DNA of 39,889 nucleotides from an uncultured Vicinamibacterales bacterium (lineage in GTDB: Bacteria; Acidobacteriota; Vicinamibacteria; Vicinamibacterales; CAZQMT01). The position numbers were made by a program, and so were the translations under genes. The notes beneath the pieces are model-generated. The model had not been told where the DNA came from. It saw nothing but the letters and a program-made list of their open reading frames with translations, and made no database searches. Below, piece after piece: positions 18,699-28,705 of this stretch; position 1 is the first letter of the stretch; each line of letters starts with the position of its first letter. The DNA lies in assembly GCA_964594555.1 (NCBI GenBank), contig CAZQMT010000007.1, positions 1-39,889 of the forward strand, given 5' to 3'.

Positions 18699-21383
18699 TT
18701 AGCTTTTTGCTTCTTTCCAGTTCTTACCAATGCCGACGTTTACGATCATGGGTACGTTTAGTGATACTACCTCTTCCATCCGTGTGCGGACTATGGAGGC
18801 GACTTCTTCAGCTTCTTTTTCTCTGACCTCTAGAAGCAGTTCGTCATGTACTGTGAGAATCATACAGCCAGAGAGTCCTTTGGTAGCCCGTTTTTTGAGA
18901 TCTTGGTGGAGAGAGAGCATAGCCATTTTTAAGATATCGGCAGCTGTGCCTTGGATTGGCATGTTAACTGCGGCACGTTCAGTCGCAGCTCGAATTTGAC
19001 CATTCCGACTGTTCAGTTCAGGCACAAGTCTCCGTCGTCCGAACATAGTTGTAACCACGCCTTCTTTTCGAGCTTTCGCCACTGTCGTATCGATAAATTT
19101 CCGAACTCCTGGAAACCCTTCGAAATAAGTATTTATAAATATCTGGGCCTCTTGTTGTGACACGCCGATGTCTTTTGCTAACGTAAATGCGGTTTTACCG
19201 TAGATCAGTGCGTAGTTAACGATTTTTGCGCGTCTTCTGAGCTCATGCTTATTGAGTCCACTATCCGTGCCGAAGATCCGAAAAGCGGTTTGATCATGAA
19301 TGTCTTGCCCAGTTTTGAAGGCCTCAATTAGAGTTGAGTCATTTGATAGATGAGCGAGGACCCGAAGCTCGATTTGTGAGTAATCGGCTGAAATAAGTAC
19401 GTGATTCGGGTCCGCAATAAATGCGCTACGAATTTGACGGCCAAGCTCCGTTCGTATTGGGATATTTTGTAGGTTAGGGTCGCTACTGCTTAGCCGACCT
19501 GTTGTTGCTACGGCCTGATTGAAGGACGTATGAATCCTGTCGGTATCTGGGTTAATTAGTTTAGGCAGAGCATCGATGTAGGTACTCTTTAGTTTTTTTA
19601 AGATTCGCCACTCAAGAATCTTTTTCGGTAGTTCATGTGTTAACGCGAGTTCTTCGAGAACGTCAACCGCAGTGGAAGCGGAACGTGTTTTCCCCGTACG
19701 TTTGATGGTCGGCAACTTGAGTTTCACGAAGAGAATTTCTGCTAATTGTTTCGGTGAGCCGATGTTGAATGTCTCACCAGAGATCTCGAAGATCTGAGTA
19801 GTTAATTCGCTGAGGTCTTTTTCTACGCGCTTTGCTTGTCTCGCGAGCGAGATGGGATCGATTCGTACGCCTACTCTTTGAATATCAGCCAGAACAGAAA
19901 TAAGTGGGATTTCAAGGTCGTGGTAGAGATGTTCGAGGCGCTTAACTTTTAATTTTGGATGAAGGCATTCTGCAAGCTGGAGAGCCAGGTCGGATCGTTC
20001 ACTCGCGTAGTCCAATAAGTTTTCTGAAGGAACCTGACTTAGGTTGATGGCCTTTGTGCCTCGCCCACACACGTCCTCCTCTTTCAAAGGGCGATAGGTT
20101 ATATGCTTGATTACGACATTTTCGAGTTGATGTGTTGACTGTGTCGAATCGAAAATGTAGCTGGCTAGCATTGTGTCTGCTTTGATTCCCCGGATCCTGA
20201 CTCCGTGGCGAGCGAGCACGAGGAAATCAAATTTCAGATCATGACCTAGTTTCGAAATTGACTCGTCTTCCAAAATTGGCTTTAGGATTTCTATCGCTTC
20301 CGATAGAGACAGTTGTGATTTTGAACCCAGTATAGATTGTCCTAGGGGTATGTAGCGGGCTCTGTGTGTACCGTCTGAAAGCGAAAACCCTACGATGTTT
20401 GTTCTCATGGCAGTTTGGGCGTCACAAATTACCCGGATGGCAAACTGTCCATGTGTCCTAAGTTGAACAGCGAAGTCACGGAGGTCTTTTTTTGAGCAGA
20501 TCAACTGATAGTCTTTTGTGACCGTTTCTGCTGTGGGTGCGAAATCTGTAAGTAATGAATGAAAACCGAGCGATGAAAATAATTCGAAACATTCTTCAGA
20601 TTTTGCCCCGCCATAAAGAGAAGTCTTCATGTCAAACTTGAGCGGGACGTCGGTTTGTATTCTTGCCAGCTCCTGACTCAGACGCGCGTCATCCTCGTGT
20701 TCGAGAAGGGCATTTCGGTGTTTTTTCTTTTTTATAAGTTCTATATTGGATAAGAGATCTTCGAGAGAACCATAATTAGTGATTAGCTCTCGTGCACCTT
20801 TTTCGCCGATGCCAGGAACACCTTTGATGTTGTCTGAAGCATCGCCCATGAGTGCGAGAACATCGACGACCTGACTCGGTTTAACTCCAAACTTTTTTTG
20901 AACTTCTGCAGCGTCGTACCAAGTGCCGTTGTCCTTTGGGTTGTAGACTTTGACACTGTCGCAGACGAGTTGAAATAGGTCTTTGTCGCCGGTTACGATG
21001 ACGACATTCATGCCTTTTTCAGTTGCACGTTCGGTGAGAGTACCAATGAGGTCGTCAGCTTCGTAACCGGTTAATGTTAGTACAGGTACTCCGAGCGCTC
21101 TACAACTCTCGTGGACTAGGGGCACCTGCTCCACCAAGTCTTCTGGCATCTCCGGTCGGTTGGCTTTATAACTGGCCTCTATCTCAGCGCGGAAAGTTGG
21201 GCCAGCCACATCGAAGGCGGCGGCGATGTAATCAGGTTTGTGCTTCGAGATAAGCTTCCGGAGCATGGTGACAAATCCGTAGATAGCGTTGGTCGAACGT
21301 CCATCTGGTCCAGTCAAGTCCCGGATAGCGTGGTACGCCCGGTACATCTGTGAATTTCCATCGATCAAGTAGAGACGTGACAT
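18699..21383 (-). CDS. polA: DNA polymerase I
   Basis: 5'-nuclease domain (LIDGNSQMYRAYH, VTGDKDLFQL, GVPGIGEKGA). Pol motifs DYSQIELRVLAH (A), RRRAKIVNYALIYG (B), VHDELLLE (C). I place the start at ATG 21383 (MSRLYLIDG) rather than the longest-ORF ATG at 21464. Confidence 0.93.
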   Translation of the reverse strand: MSRLYLIDGNSQMYRAYHAIRDLTGPDGRSTNAIYGFVTMLRKLISKHKPDYIAAAFDVAGPTFRAEIEASYKANRPEMPEDLVEQVPLVHESCRALGVPVLTLTGYEADDLIGTLTERATEKGMNVVIVTGDKDLFQLVCDSVKVYNPKDNGTWYDAAEVQKKFGVKPSQVVDVLALMGDASDNIKGVPGIGEKGARELITNYGSLEDLLSNIELIKKKKHRNALLEHEDDARLSQELARIQTDVPLKFDMKTSLYGGAKSEECFELFSSLGFHSLLTDFAPTAETVTKDYQLICSKKDLRDFAVQLRTHGQFAIRVICDAQTAMRTNIVGFSLSDGTHRARYIPLGQSILGSKSQLSLSEAIEILKPILEDESISKLGHDLKFDFLVLARHGVRIRGIKADTMLASYIFDSTQSTHQLENVVIKHITYRPLKEEDVCGRGTKAINLSQVPSENLLDYASERSDLALQLAECLHPKLKVKRLEHLYHDLEIPLISVLADIQRVGVRIDPISLARQAKRVEKDLSELTTQIFEISGETFNIGSPKQLAEILFVKLKLPTIKRTGKTRSASTAVDVLEELALTHELPKKILEWRILKKLKSTYIDALPKLINPDTDRIHTSFNQAVATTGRLSSSDPNLQNIPIRTELGRQIRSAFIADPNHVLISADYSQIELRVLAHLSNDSTLIEAFKTGQDIHDQTAFRIFGTDSGLNKHELRRRAKIVNYALIYGKTAFTLAKDIGVSQQEAQIFINTYFEGFPGVRKFIDTTVAKARKEGVVTTMFGRRRLVPELNSRNGQIRAATERAAVNMPIQGTAADILKMAMLSLHQDLKKRATKGLSGCMILTVHDELLLEVREKEAEEVASIVRTRMEEVVSLNVPMIVNVGIGKNWKEAKS

Positions 21384-21630
21384 GACGGGTATCGATTCGA
21401 TAACGAACCGGCGATTGTCTTCGGGGCCGATGAAGAAACCCGAAAACCCGGTTGGTGGCCACAACGCTGTGAACCCACTGAATTTGGTCTGTTTCGGGTT
21501 ACCGCACCGGCAGGAGCCTCAGTATACCATTGCCTGGCGAACTCGGTTAGTTGCCAATGTAGAGGAGTATGAGAGAGCTTGAGTGAAAGGGATTTCTTCG
21601 AGGACTTGGTTGTGTTATTTGGATACGGTT

Positions 21631-21684
21631 GATCAAAAAAACTGGACCCTTCGCGACGATCGATTTAGGGTACGGTTTTTGATC
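21631..21684 (-). terminator. Possible bidirectional terminator-like structure downstream of the Spy/CpxP-like gene
   Basis: GATCAAAAA (21631-21639) and TTTTTGATC (21676-21684) are reverse complements. They flank an inner ACCCT/AGGGT pairing, giving a hairpin with A- and T-tracts on both sides, 8 nt after the stop at 21692. Confidence 0.35.
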
Positions 21685-21691
21685 TTTTGTT

Positions 21692-22273
21692 CTATGGACG
21701 GCTGTTACGTTTTTGGAATCGTCCGCGCTGTTTTTTATGTCGCCATTCACGCTTAGTATTTAATTCTTGAGACTTTTTAACTTGTTCAGGTGTTAGTAGT
21801 TGAATGAAGTCGTTGTGAATTCGGCCACGGAGTACTGCCATTTCTGTTTCCGCTTCGGCTACGTTAGCGGACCGCTCTCTAATTAATGTTTCGTTAAATG
21901 TACTGGACATCACAGATTTGGCCAGTGCTTTTCTGGCTGGACGAAGCTGTTTGGCGAGTGATTTAACGTTCTGTCTGTAATCTTTCACGAGAGTGCGTAC
22001 TTGGCCGCGCTGATTTTCACTCAGATCGAGATGTCGTAGCTTTCGTATGAATCCATCAATTTCAAGTGGTGCAACCATACGGCCTTGTCTTGGACCTCGT
22101 CCACCGCGTGGGCCATGCTGGGCTTGGATGTCTAGTCCGACTAGAATTGTTATGGTCATTACGGCAACGGCCATAATTGTGTAATTCGATTTTCTTAGGC
22201 AGATTGCCAGCCGCGTCTTCAGCTTTGGTGAAAATTCCTCCCTAGCCGAATTTTTCTCTTTTCTCTGACGCAT
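21692..22273 (-). CDS. Spy/CpxP/ZraP-like periplasmic protein (LTXXQ motifs)
   Basis: One N-terminal hydrophobic segment (MAVAVMTITILVGL). Two LTXXQ-type motifs (LSENQ, LTPEQ) in a helical, basic protein. Strong AAGGAGAAGGAA RBS before ATG 22273. Confidence 0.55.
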   Translation of the reverse strand: MRQRKEKNSAREEFSPKLKTRLAICLRKSNYTIMAVAVMTITILVGLDIQAQHGPRGGRGPRQGRMVAPLEIDGFIRKLRHLDLSENQRGQVRTLVKDYRQNVKSLAKQLRPARKALAKSVMSSTFNETLIRERSANVAEAETEMAVLRGRIHNDFIQLLTPEQVKKSQELNTKREWRHKKQRGRFQKRNSRP

Positions 22274-22328
22274 TTCCTTCTCCTTCAGGCACTGGATTTA
22301 TTAATCTAACTTATCTCAACTTCCTAAA

Positions 22329-22895
22329 CTATTCCAGCGGTTTTATGCCCTCAATGAATGCTGTTCCTTCTCGTTCTGCTAGGCGTCGAATACCTTTGAA
22401 TCCTTCGGCCTCAAGAGCACGTTCGGTCGCTTTGGCTGTTGAGTGATGAGGGTCGACGGTCCTTTTGATAAGAATGGCCGCGAGTCCGCCTCGCGGTGCA
22501 GGTTCAATTACCATACAACGACCACCTGATCTCAGTACACGAAATGCTTCTTGAAGACAGCCGACTCGTCGTTCTGGAGACATGCTCGAGAGATGTTCTC
22601 GAACAATGATGAGATCGAAGGTCTCAGCTGGATATGGTAGTGCGTTGAGTGGAGCTTCTTTTACATCGACCAGCGCTCCCTCGTGCAGGGCTTTTTTTTG
22701 TGCACGTTCTGTAAGGTCAACGGATTCGTCGACTGCACACGCTGATCCAGTCAAACCGACTTTGGTGCCAAGTGCTGCTAATAGGCGTCCGTCACCGCAG
22801 CCTAGTTGAAGGAAGGCATCGCCCATTTTAATACCGGCCATAGAAACATGGAGGGCGTAGGGTTCTGATCGAAAGACATCTTTGAATAGCGACAT
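22329..22895 (-). CDS. Class I SAM-dependent methyltransferase
   Basis: Motif I FLQLGCGDGRL, an acidic residue after beta-2 (AVDES), post-I/II blocks FDLIIV and LRSGGRCMV. 188 aa. Substrate unknown. Confidence 0.8.
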   Translation of the reverse strand: MSLFKDVFRSEPYALHVSMAGIKMGDAFLQLGCGDGRLLAALGTKVGLTGSACAVDESVDLTERAQKKALHEGALVDVKEAPLNALPYPAETFDLIIVREHLSSMSPERRVGCLQEAFRVLRSGGRCMVIEPAPRGGLAAILIKRTVDPHHSTAKATERALEAEGFKGIRRLAEREGTAFIEGIKPLE

Positions 22896-22956
22896 GCTTT
22901 ATAGAATCCTTAGTATCAAAGAGAGTGCAACTCTAACGTCATGATATAGTTAAGTC

Positions 22957-24270
22957 GTGGAAAATCGAATCGAAATTTCGTCAGCTGAAGGCAAGCTCGG
23001 TGTTCTCTTAGTGGGACTAGGGGCAGTAAGTACAACCTTTATTTCTGGTGTACACGCTGTACTAAAGGGCCTTGCTGAGCCTATAGGTTCACTAACACAG
23101 ATGGGCACAGTGCGGCGCGGTAAACCGGATGAAGCCCGATCCCCAAAGATTAAGGACTTCGGGCCACTAGCTTCTCATGACCAACTTGTGTTCGGGGCCT
23201 GGGATATTTTTGATGAGGATTGTTACGAGGCAGCGAGCACGGCTGGTGTGTTAGAACCGAAACTTTTGGAGCAGCTACGTCCTGAACTGGAGTCGGTAAA
23301 ACCCTGGCCCGCAGTCTTTGAGCGTCGTTATGTAAAACGTCTCGAAGGTTCTCACCTCAAGCGTGGTGCTAATAAGCGTGAGCTGTCTGATCAGCTCCGC
23401 GCCGACATTCAGCGTTTTAAAGAGACTCATGGTATCGACAGGACAGTAATGATCTGGTGTGGTTCAACGGAGGTTTTTATGGCTCCGTCTGAAGCCCATG
23501 CTACTCTCGAAGCATTCGAATCAGCCCTTGAACGTAACGATCCGGAGATTTCGTCGAGCATGGTTTATGCGTACTCGGCGCTCAAGGAAGGGATGCCGTA
23601 CGCGAATGCAGCGCCTAATCTTAGTGTAGACATTCCTGCGCTAACCGAATTGGCTATGCAGACGGGTGCACCAATCGCTTGAAAAGATTTGAAAACTGGG
23701 CATACAATAATTAATAGCTTTATGGCGCCTGGGCTTTAAGCTTGTTTGCTTGGTTTGGATGGTTGGTACTCTACGAACATCCTCGGTAACCGTGATGGGG
23801 AGGTTTTAGACGATCCTGGTTCGTTTAAGACTAAAGAGGAGAGTAAAAAGTCGGTGCTAGATTACGTACTCCAGCCCGATCTCTATCCTGAGTTGTACCG
23901 CGACCTTTCCCATATAGTTAGAATCAATTACTACCCGCCGCGCGGTGATAACAAAGAAGGTTGGGATAATATCGATTTGGTCGGATGGCTCGGCTATCCA
24001 ATGCAGCTTAAGATTAATTTTCTGTGCCGAGACAGTATCTTAGCTGCTCCTATTGTTCTTGATCTTGTATTGTTATTGGACCTCGCGAAGCGTGCTGGTT
24101 TGATGGGTATTCAGGAATGGTTGTCTTTCTATTTCAAGAGTCCGATGCATGCTCAGGGGCTTTATCCCGAACACGACTTATTTATTCAGCTTATGAAGCT
24201 GAAGAACACCCTGCGATATCTTCGTGGAGAAGATCTAATCACGCATCTTGGTCGTGAGTATTACGACTGA
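22957..24270 (+). pseudogene. ino1: Inositol-3-phosphate synthase (MIPS) interrupted by two in-frame stop codons
   Basis: ORFs 22957..23682 and 23746..24270 share frame 1. Read-through gives ...GAPIA[TGA 23680]KDLKTGHTIINSFMAPGL[TAA 23737]ACLLGLDGWYSTNILGNRDGEVLDDPGSFKTKEESK..., which I recognise as bacterial MIPS blocks. No frameshift. Confidence 0.8.
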
Positions 24271-24297
24271 AGTTGGTCTGAGAGCCAACTTTTTCTC
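24271..24297 (+). terminator. Intrinsic terminator after the MIPS gene
   Basis: AGTTGG (24271-24276) pairs with CCAACT (24285-24290) around an 8-nt loop, followed by TTTTTCTC. It starts directly after the TGA stop. Confidence 0.55.
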
Positions 24298-24418
24298 AGG
24301 TCTTTCTTGTAGGTTTTTACAAAATTTTTACCGTTTACGACTTTCCATGGTGGCCCAACTGTCAGCTTCTTCAAGGGTATGCTGTAGGACTTCGATAGCG
24401 TCAGGATAGGAGAAGACC

Positions 24419-26389
24419 GTGGCGAATAAAGATGACACGTTCGACGAAGTGTCCGTCCATAATCCACCAGCGGAATTTGCCGCCAACGCCCAAGTTGCGT
24501 CGATGGATGAGTACTGTGCCATGTATGAGCGTTCCGTGAATGACCCCGAAGCGTTTTGGGCAGAGCAGGCCGAACAACGAATTACGTGGATCAAGAAGTG
24601 GCACACTGTTCGGCAGTCTGACTACCACAAGGCAGAGATCGCATGGTATCTCGGAGGTCAGCTCAATGCATGTTACAACTGCGTCGATCGGCATGTTGAG
24701 GCCGGTCGCGGTGGTGACACGGCACTCCTTTGGGAAGGGAATGACCCAACTGAGAGCAAAACCTATACCTACGCAGAATTACAGGTTGAGGTTCAAAAGG
24801 CCGGGAATGCTCTGAAGAATCTAGGTGTCTTTAAAGGCGATCGCGTATGTATTTACATGCAGATGATCCCAGAACTGGTGATCGCGATGCTGGCCTGTGC
24901 GAGGATCGGAGCCGTGCACTCTATCGTTTTCGGTGCGTTCACCGCCGACAGCCTAGTCACACGGATTAACGACTCGGCGTGTAAGGTAATCATTACGCAG
25001 AATACCGGTGTACGTGGGACAAAACATGACATCGTGATGAAGGCGAACGTGGATCAGGCGGTTGGTCAGACGCCAAGCATCGAGAAGATCCTTGTTGTTC
25101 AGCGTATCGATGCCGAGGTCGATATGACCGAGGGGCGCGATGGGTGGTGGCACGTCGCACTCGCCGCGGCCGACTCCGTCTGCGTTCCAGAACCGATGGA
25201 CGCTGAAGACCCGCTCTTTATCCTCTATACGTCTGGGTCGACTGGAAAGCCTAAGGGAGTTCTGCACACCACCGGTGGTTACATGACGTACGTTGCGACC
25301 ACCTTTAACTATGTGTTCGATTATCGGCCGGGTGACATCTATTGGTGCACGGCTGATATAGGTTGGGTGACTGGTCATAGCTACATCACGTACTGTCCAT
25401 TAGCGAATGGCGCTGTTTCGATGATGTATGAAGGGGTTCCGAACTATCCCGATTGGGGTCGGTTCTGGGAGATCTGTGAGAAGCACAAGGTCAATATTCT
25501 CTACACGGCGCCGACCGCCCTACGGGCACTGATGAAGGAGGGCGACGATTACCCTTCGAAATATGACCTCAGTAGCTTGCGATTACTCGGAACGGTCGGT
25601 GAGCCGATCAAGTCACCGGAGTGGAACTGGTATCACACCATCATCGGCAAGGGGCGATGTCCGTTCGTTGACACTTGGTGGCAGACCGAAACCGGCGGCA
25701 TCCTCATCTCACCCTTGCCTGGAGCGACGCCGACCAAGCCGGGTTCAGCGACGTACCCGCTATTTGGGATCAAACCGGCTCTGGTCGATGACGAAGGTAC
25801 TCTCCTCGAGGGCAATGACGTGCGTGGCAATCTCTGCATCCTAGAGTCCTGGCCCGGTCAGATGCGTGGTGTCTACGGGGACCCCCAACGTTTCTTTGAC
25901 ACGTATTTCGCACAGTTTCCCGGTAAGTACTTTCCGGGAGACGGTTGTCTACGAGATAAGGATGGCTATTACTGGATCACTGGGCGTGTCGACGATGTCA
26001 TCATTGTGTCAGGGCATAACCTAGGTACGGCGGAGATCGAGGGTGCCATAGGCCGGTACCCAGGGGTGGCCGAGGCCGCGGTCGGCGGCTATCCGCATGA
26101 GATCAAGGGAAACGCAGTCTACGCCTTTGTCACGCTTAAGACTGGTCAGATCGAGACCGATGAGATGAAAGGAGAGATCATGAAAGCGGTTCGTTCAGAT
26201 ATTGGTCCCCATGCTTCGCCGGATAAGATTCAATTTGCTGATGGTTTGCCCAAGACACGTTCAGGAAAGATCATGCGTCGGTTGTTACGTGATATTACTG
26301 AAGGTAAAGCAATTGGGGATACAACGACGCTCGCCGATCCTGATGTTGTAGCGCACCTCAAAGCGAAATATGAGGAGCAGGAAGGCTAA
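24419..26389 (+). CDS. acs: Acetyl-CoA synthetase (AMP-forming)
   Basis: 656 aa. YTSGSTGKPKGV AMP-binding motif, WWQTETGG, and PKTRSGKIMRR with the regulatory lysine context. GTG start with AGGAGA RBS. Confidence 0.93.
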   Translation: MANKDDTFDEVSVHNPPAEFAANAQVASMDEYCAMYERSVNDPEAFWAEQAEQRITWIKKWHTVRQSDYHKAEIAWYLGGQLNACYNCVDRHVEAGRGGDTALLWEGNDPTESKTYTYAELQVEVQKAGNALKNLGVFKGDRVCIYMQMIPELVIAMLACARIGAVHSIVFGAFTADSLVTRINDSACKVIITQNTGVRGTKHDIVMKANVDQAVGQTPSIEKILVVQRIDAEVDMTEGRDGWWHVALAAADSVCVPEPMDAEDPLFILYTSGSTGKPKGVLHTTGGYMTYVATTFNYVFDYRPGDIYWCTADIGWVTGHSYITYCPLANGAVSMMYEGVPNYPDWGRFWEICEKHKVNILYTAPTALRALMKEGDDYPSKYDLSSLRLLGTVGEPIKSPEWNWYHTIIGKGRCPFVDTWWQTETGGILISPLPGATPTKPGSATYPLFGIKPALVDDEGTLLEGNDVRGNLCILESWPGQMRGVYGDPQRFFDTYFAQFPGKYFPGDGCLRDKDGYYWITGRVDDVIIVSGHNLGTAEIEGAIGRYPGVAEAAVGGYPHEIKGNAVYAFVTLKTGQIETDEMKGEIMKAVRSDIGPHASPDKIQFADGLPKTRSGKIMRRLLRDITEGKAIGDTTTLADPDVVAHLKAKYEEQEG

Positions 26390-26394
26390 GTCTC

Positions 26395-26973
26395 TTGGTG
26401 GACCGGACAGGTTTTTCTTATCAAATTAGTTTTGTCCTCGTTCTCGCACTAGTCGTTTTTGGCACTTTAGGTTGTGAGCAGACAGAGGCTGATACATCAG
26501 CCAACAAGGTTGCAGATGTCGAGCAGTTGTCTGTCGAATCGAAAACTAAAGAATCGGGTGAGACGGACATTTCTCACGATGTTACTTCTAAGTATTCGGC
26601 CGAGGCTTCGAACTTAACTGTACATGTTCTCGAATTAGTACATGTTGGTCCGAACGTTTTAAAACTACGCTTCTCTTTTTCGAACACGTCTAACTCTGGG
26701 GAATATATTGAGTTTGGTAACGCCTTTGCTCAAGAGGATGCTGATGTTGGTACGGTGGCTGGTGTGTACTTGATAGACGCTCTCCGTCAGAAAAAGTATT
26801 TCATTCTTCGTGCGTCCGATGGAAAGGCTTTGTGTAGTAGTGGAATTACACGAATTGGTCCTGGTGAAAGTCTGGAATTATGGGCGAACTTCCCAGCGCC
26901 TCCTCAAGATTCTTCGCTGGTCACAGTTCACGTTCCGATGGTTCCGCCAATCGGAGAAGTTCCAATCACTTGA
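26395..26973 (+). CDS. Hypothetical exported protein (possible lipoprotein), beta-rich
   Basis: N-terminal hydrophobic stretch ending GTLGC (imperfect lipobox), then a Ser/Thr/Glu-rich linker and a beta-strand-like C-terminal domain. I recognise no family. Starts 5 nt after the acs stop (TTG/GTG start). Confidence 0.5.
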   Translation: MVDRTGFSYQISFVLVLALVVFGTLGCEQTEADTSANKVADVEQLSVESKTKESGETDISHDVTSKYSAEASNLTVHVLELVHVGPNVLKLRFSFSNTSNSGEYIEFGNAFAQEDADVGTVAGVYLIDALRQKKYFILRASDGKALCSSGITRIGPGESLELWANFPAPPQDSSLVTVHVPMVPPIGEVPIT

Positions 26974-26992
26974 AATGTTTCTACAAGTGAGC

Positions 26993-28606
26993 TCATGAAA
27001 AATTTTGGTCACGATGTTCTCCGAAGACGCCTCGAAGAGTATCAGAAATTTCTCCGACGGTGGCCTGAGCTTCTACCGCATCTATAATTGGGGGCACGAG
27101 ATTTTCTGAGGTTTGTGCTGCTGCCGCCACGCGTTCTAAGCTTTGGCGCCAAGTGTTCTGGTCTCTTCTCTTCCGTACTTTCACGGTCCGTTCGACTTGT
27201 TGTTTTTCAGTTGCTGGATCAATTTGAAGTGCTTCGATACGTCCATTTTCTTCTTCAGAGACAAACTGGTTAACGCCTACCACGGTCTGTTTACCGGTGT
27301 CGATTGACTGCTGAGCGGTGTAAGCAGACTCTTGTATCTGTCTTTGCATCGTGCCAGCTTCGATGGACGCTAATGTACCTCCCTCCTGATCGATTTTAGT
27401 CAGTAAGATTTCAACCTCTTCTTGAATATGGTCCGTAAGTTGTTCGATAGCAAAAGATCCGGCCACCGGATCGACCGTATTAGTGATTCTTGTTTCGGAA
27501 GCGATAATTTGTTGGGTGCGTAGCGCAATCTGTGCGGATTCTTCGGTAGGTAGTCCTAAAGCTTCATCACGACTGTTGCAATGCAGTGATTGGGTTCCTC
27601 CAAGAACTGCCGCTAAGGCTTGTAAGGTTACTCGAACTATGTTGTTGTCTGGCTGTTGTGCGCTCAGTGTACTTCCTGCTGTTTGTGTATGGAACCGTAA
27701 CTGGAGGGCACGAGGATGAGTTGCGTTGAAGCGGCCCCGCATAATTTTCGCCCACAGGCGCCGCGCGGCACGGAACTTTGCTATTTCTTCTAGAAAATTG
27801 TTGTGTGAACAAAAAAAGAATGAAAGACGGCGTCCAAAGTGATTGACGTCAAGGCCTGCATTGACAGCTGACTGCACGTACGCAATAGCGTCTGCGAATG
27901 TGAATGCTATCTCTTGTACAGCAGTTGCTCCTGCCTCACGAATATGGTACCCACTGATAGAGATCGTATTCCAGTCTGGTAGTTCTCTGTCACAGTAAGC
28001 AAAGATATCTGTTACGATCCTAAGTGACTCACGTGGCGGGAAAATGAATGTACCGCGTGCTAGATATTCTTTTAAAATGTCGTTTTGTGTAGTGCCTGAG
28101 AGTTTCGTTGGCTGGACGCCTTGCTGCCGTGCGGTTGCGACGTAAAGGGCGAGCAAGATGATAGCAGTTGCGTTGATCGTCATAGAGGTTGACACTCGAT
28201 TAAGAGGGATGTCCTTGAAGAGCGTGACCATGTCATCAAGTGAATCAATCGCCACGCCGACCCTTCCAACTTCACCTGCTGCCAATTGGTGATCAGAGTC
28301 GAATCCTATTTGTGTGGGAAGATCAAATGCGATGCTAAGTCCTGTGACTCCTTGCTTGAGAAGATATTGATATCGACGATTTGATTCTTCTGCAGATCCA
28401 AAACCAGCGTACTGACGCATCGACCATAGCCGACTCCGATACATACTTGGGTGAATACCTCTGAGATAGGGCTCCTCACCAGGGAATCCTAGATCTAATC
28501 CTTCTTGCCAAACTTTTAGCCTGTCAGGAGAAGGAATTGATGCAGCAGCTAGCAACTCTTCTTTTAAAGGAGACATTCTACGTTCCATTGTAGCAATCCA
28601 TGGCAA
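26993..28606 (-). CDS. Methylmalonyl-CoA mutase catalytic (large) subunit, split form without a B12-binding domain
   Basis: [53 protein letters not shown] (Tyr and Arg at the positions that distinguish MCM from isobutyryl-CoA mutase, as I recall them). No C-terminal DxHxxG cobalamin domain. The start is uncertain (TTG 28606, ATG 28588 or ATG 28576). Confidence 0.85.
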   Translation of the reverse strand: MPWIATMERRMSPLKEELLAAASIPSPDRLKVWQEGLDLGFPGEEPYLRGIHPSMYRSRLWSMRQYAGFGSAEESNRRYQYLLKQGVTGLSIAFDLPTQIGFDSDHQLAAGEVGRVGVAIDSLDDMVTLFKDIPLNRVSTSMTINATAIILLALYVATARQQGVQPTKLSGTTQNDILKEYLARGTFIFPPRESLRIVTDIFAYCDRELPDWNTISISGYHIREAGATAVQEIAFTFADAIAYVQSAVNAGLDVNHFGRRLSFFFCSHNNFLEEIAKFRAARRLWAKIMRGRFNATHPRALQLRFHTQTAGSTLSAQQPDNNIVRVTLQALAAVLGGTQSLHCNSRDEALGLPTEESAQIALRTQQIIASETRITNTVDPVAGSFAIEQLTDHIQEEVEILLTKIDQEGGTLASIEAGTMQRQIQESAYTAQQSIDTGKQTVVGVNQFVSEEENGRIEALQIDPATEKQQVERTVKVRKRRDQNTWRQSLERVAAAAQTSENLVPPIIDAVEAQATVGEISDTLRGVFGEHRDQNFS

Positions 28607-28705
28607 GGGTACGGCATCATAAAATCTTATTCGTGTTCGCGGGTTACATTTCTGGACTTTTCTTTAAGCGGTAATGCTCTTTATGTGTTTGAAACTATGT
28701 CGACC

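Noticed and set aside
23680-23682. In-frame TGA in the MIPS gene as selenocysteine or as a TGA=Gly recoded genetic code
   Set aside because: TGA clearly terminates other well-defined genes in the window (sufD, sufS, MIPS itself). A second in-frame stop 57 nt downstream is TAA. I see no convincing SECIS-like hairpin directly after the TGA. A nonsense mutation or error is the simpler reading.
24261-24694. Antisense and out-of-frame ORFs of 60-140 aa listed in the track (e.g. 24261..24467, 24328..24606, 24401..24694, 24953..25378, 11198..11503, 27567..27812, 10161..10484)
   Set aside because: Each lies entirely inside, or opposite, a CDS with strong family motifs. Their translations are low-complexity or Arg/Ser-rich with no recognisable motif or RBS. 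They look like typical shadow ORFs.
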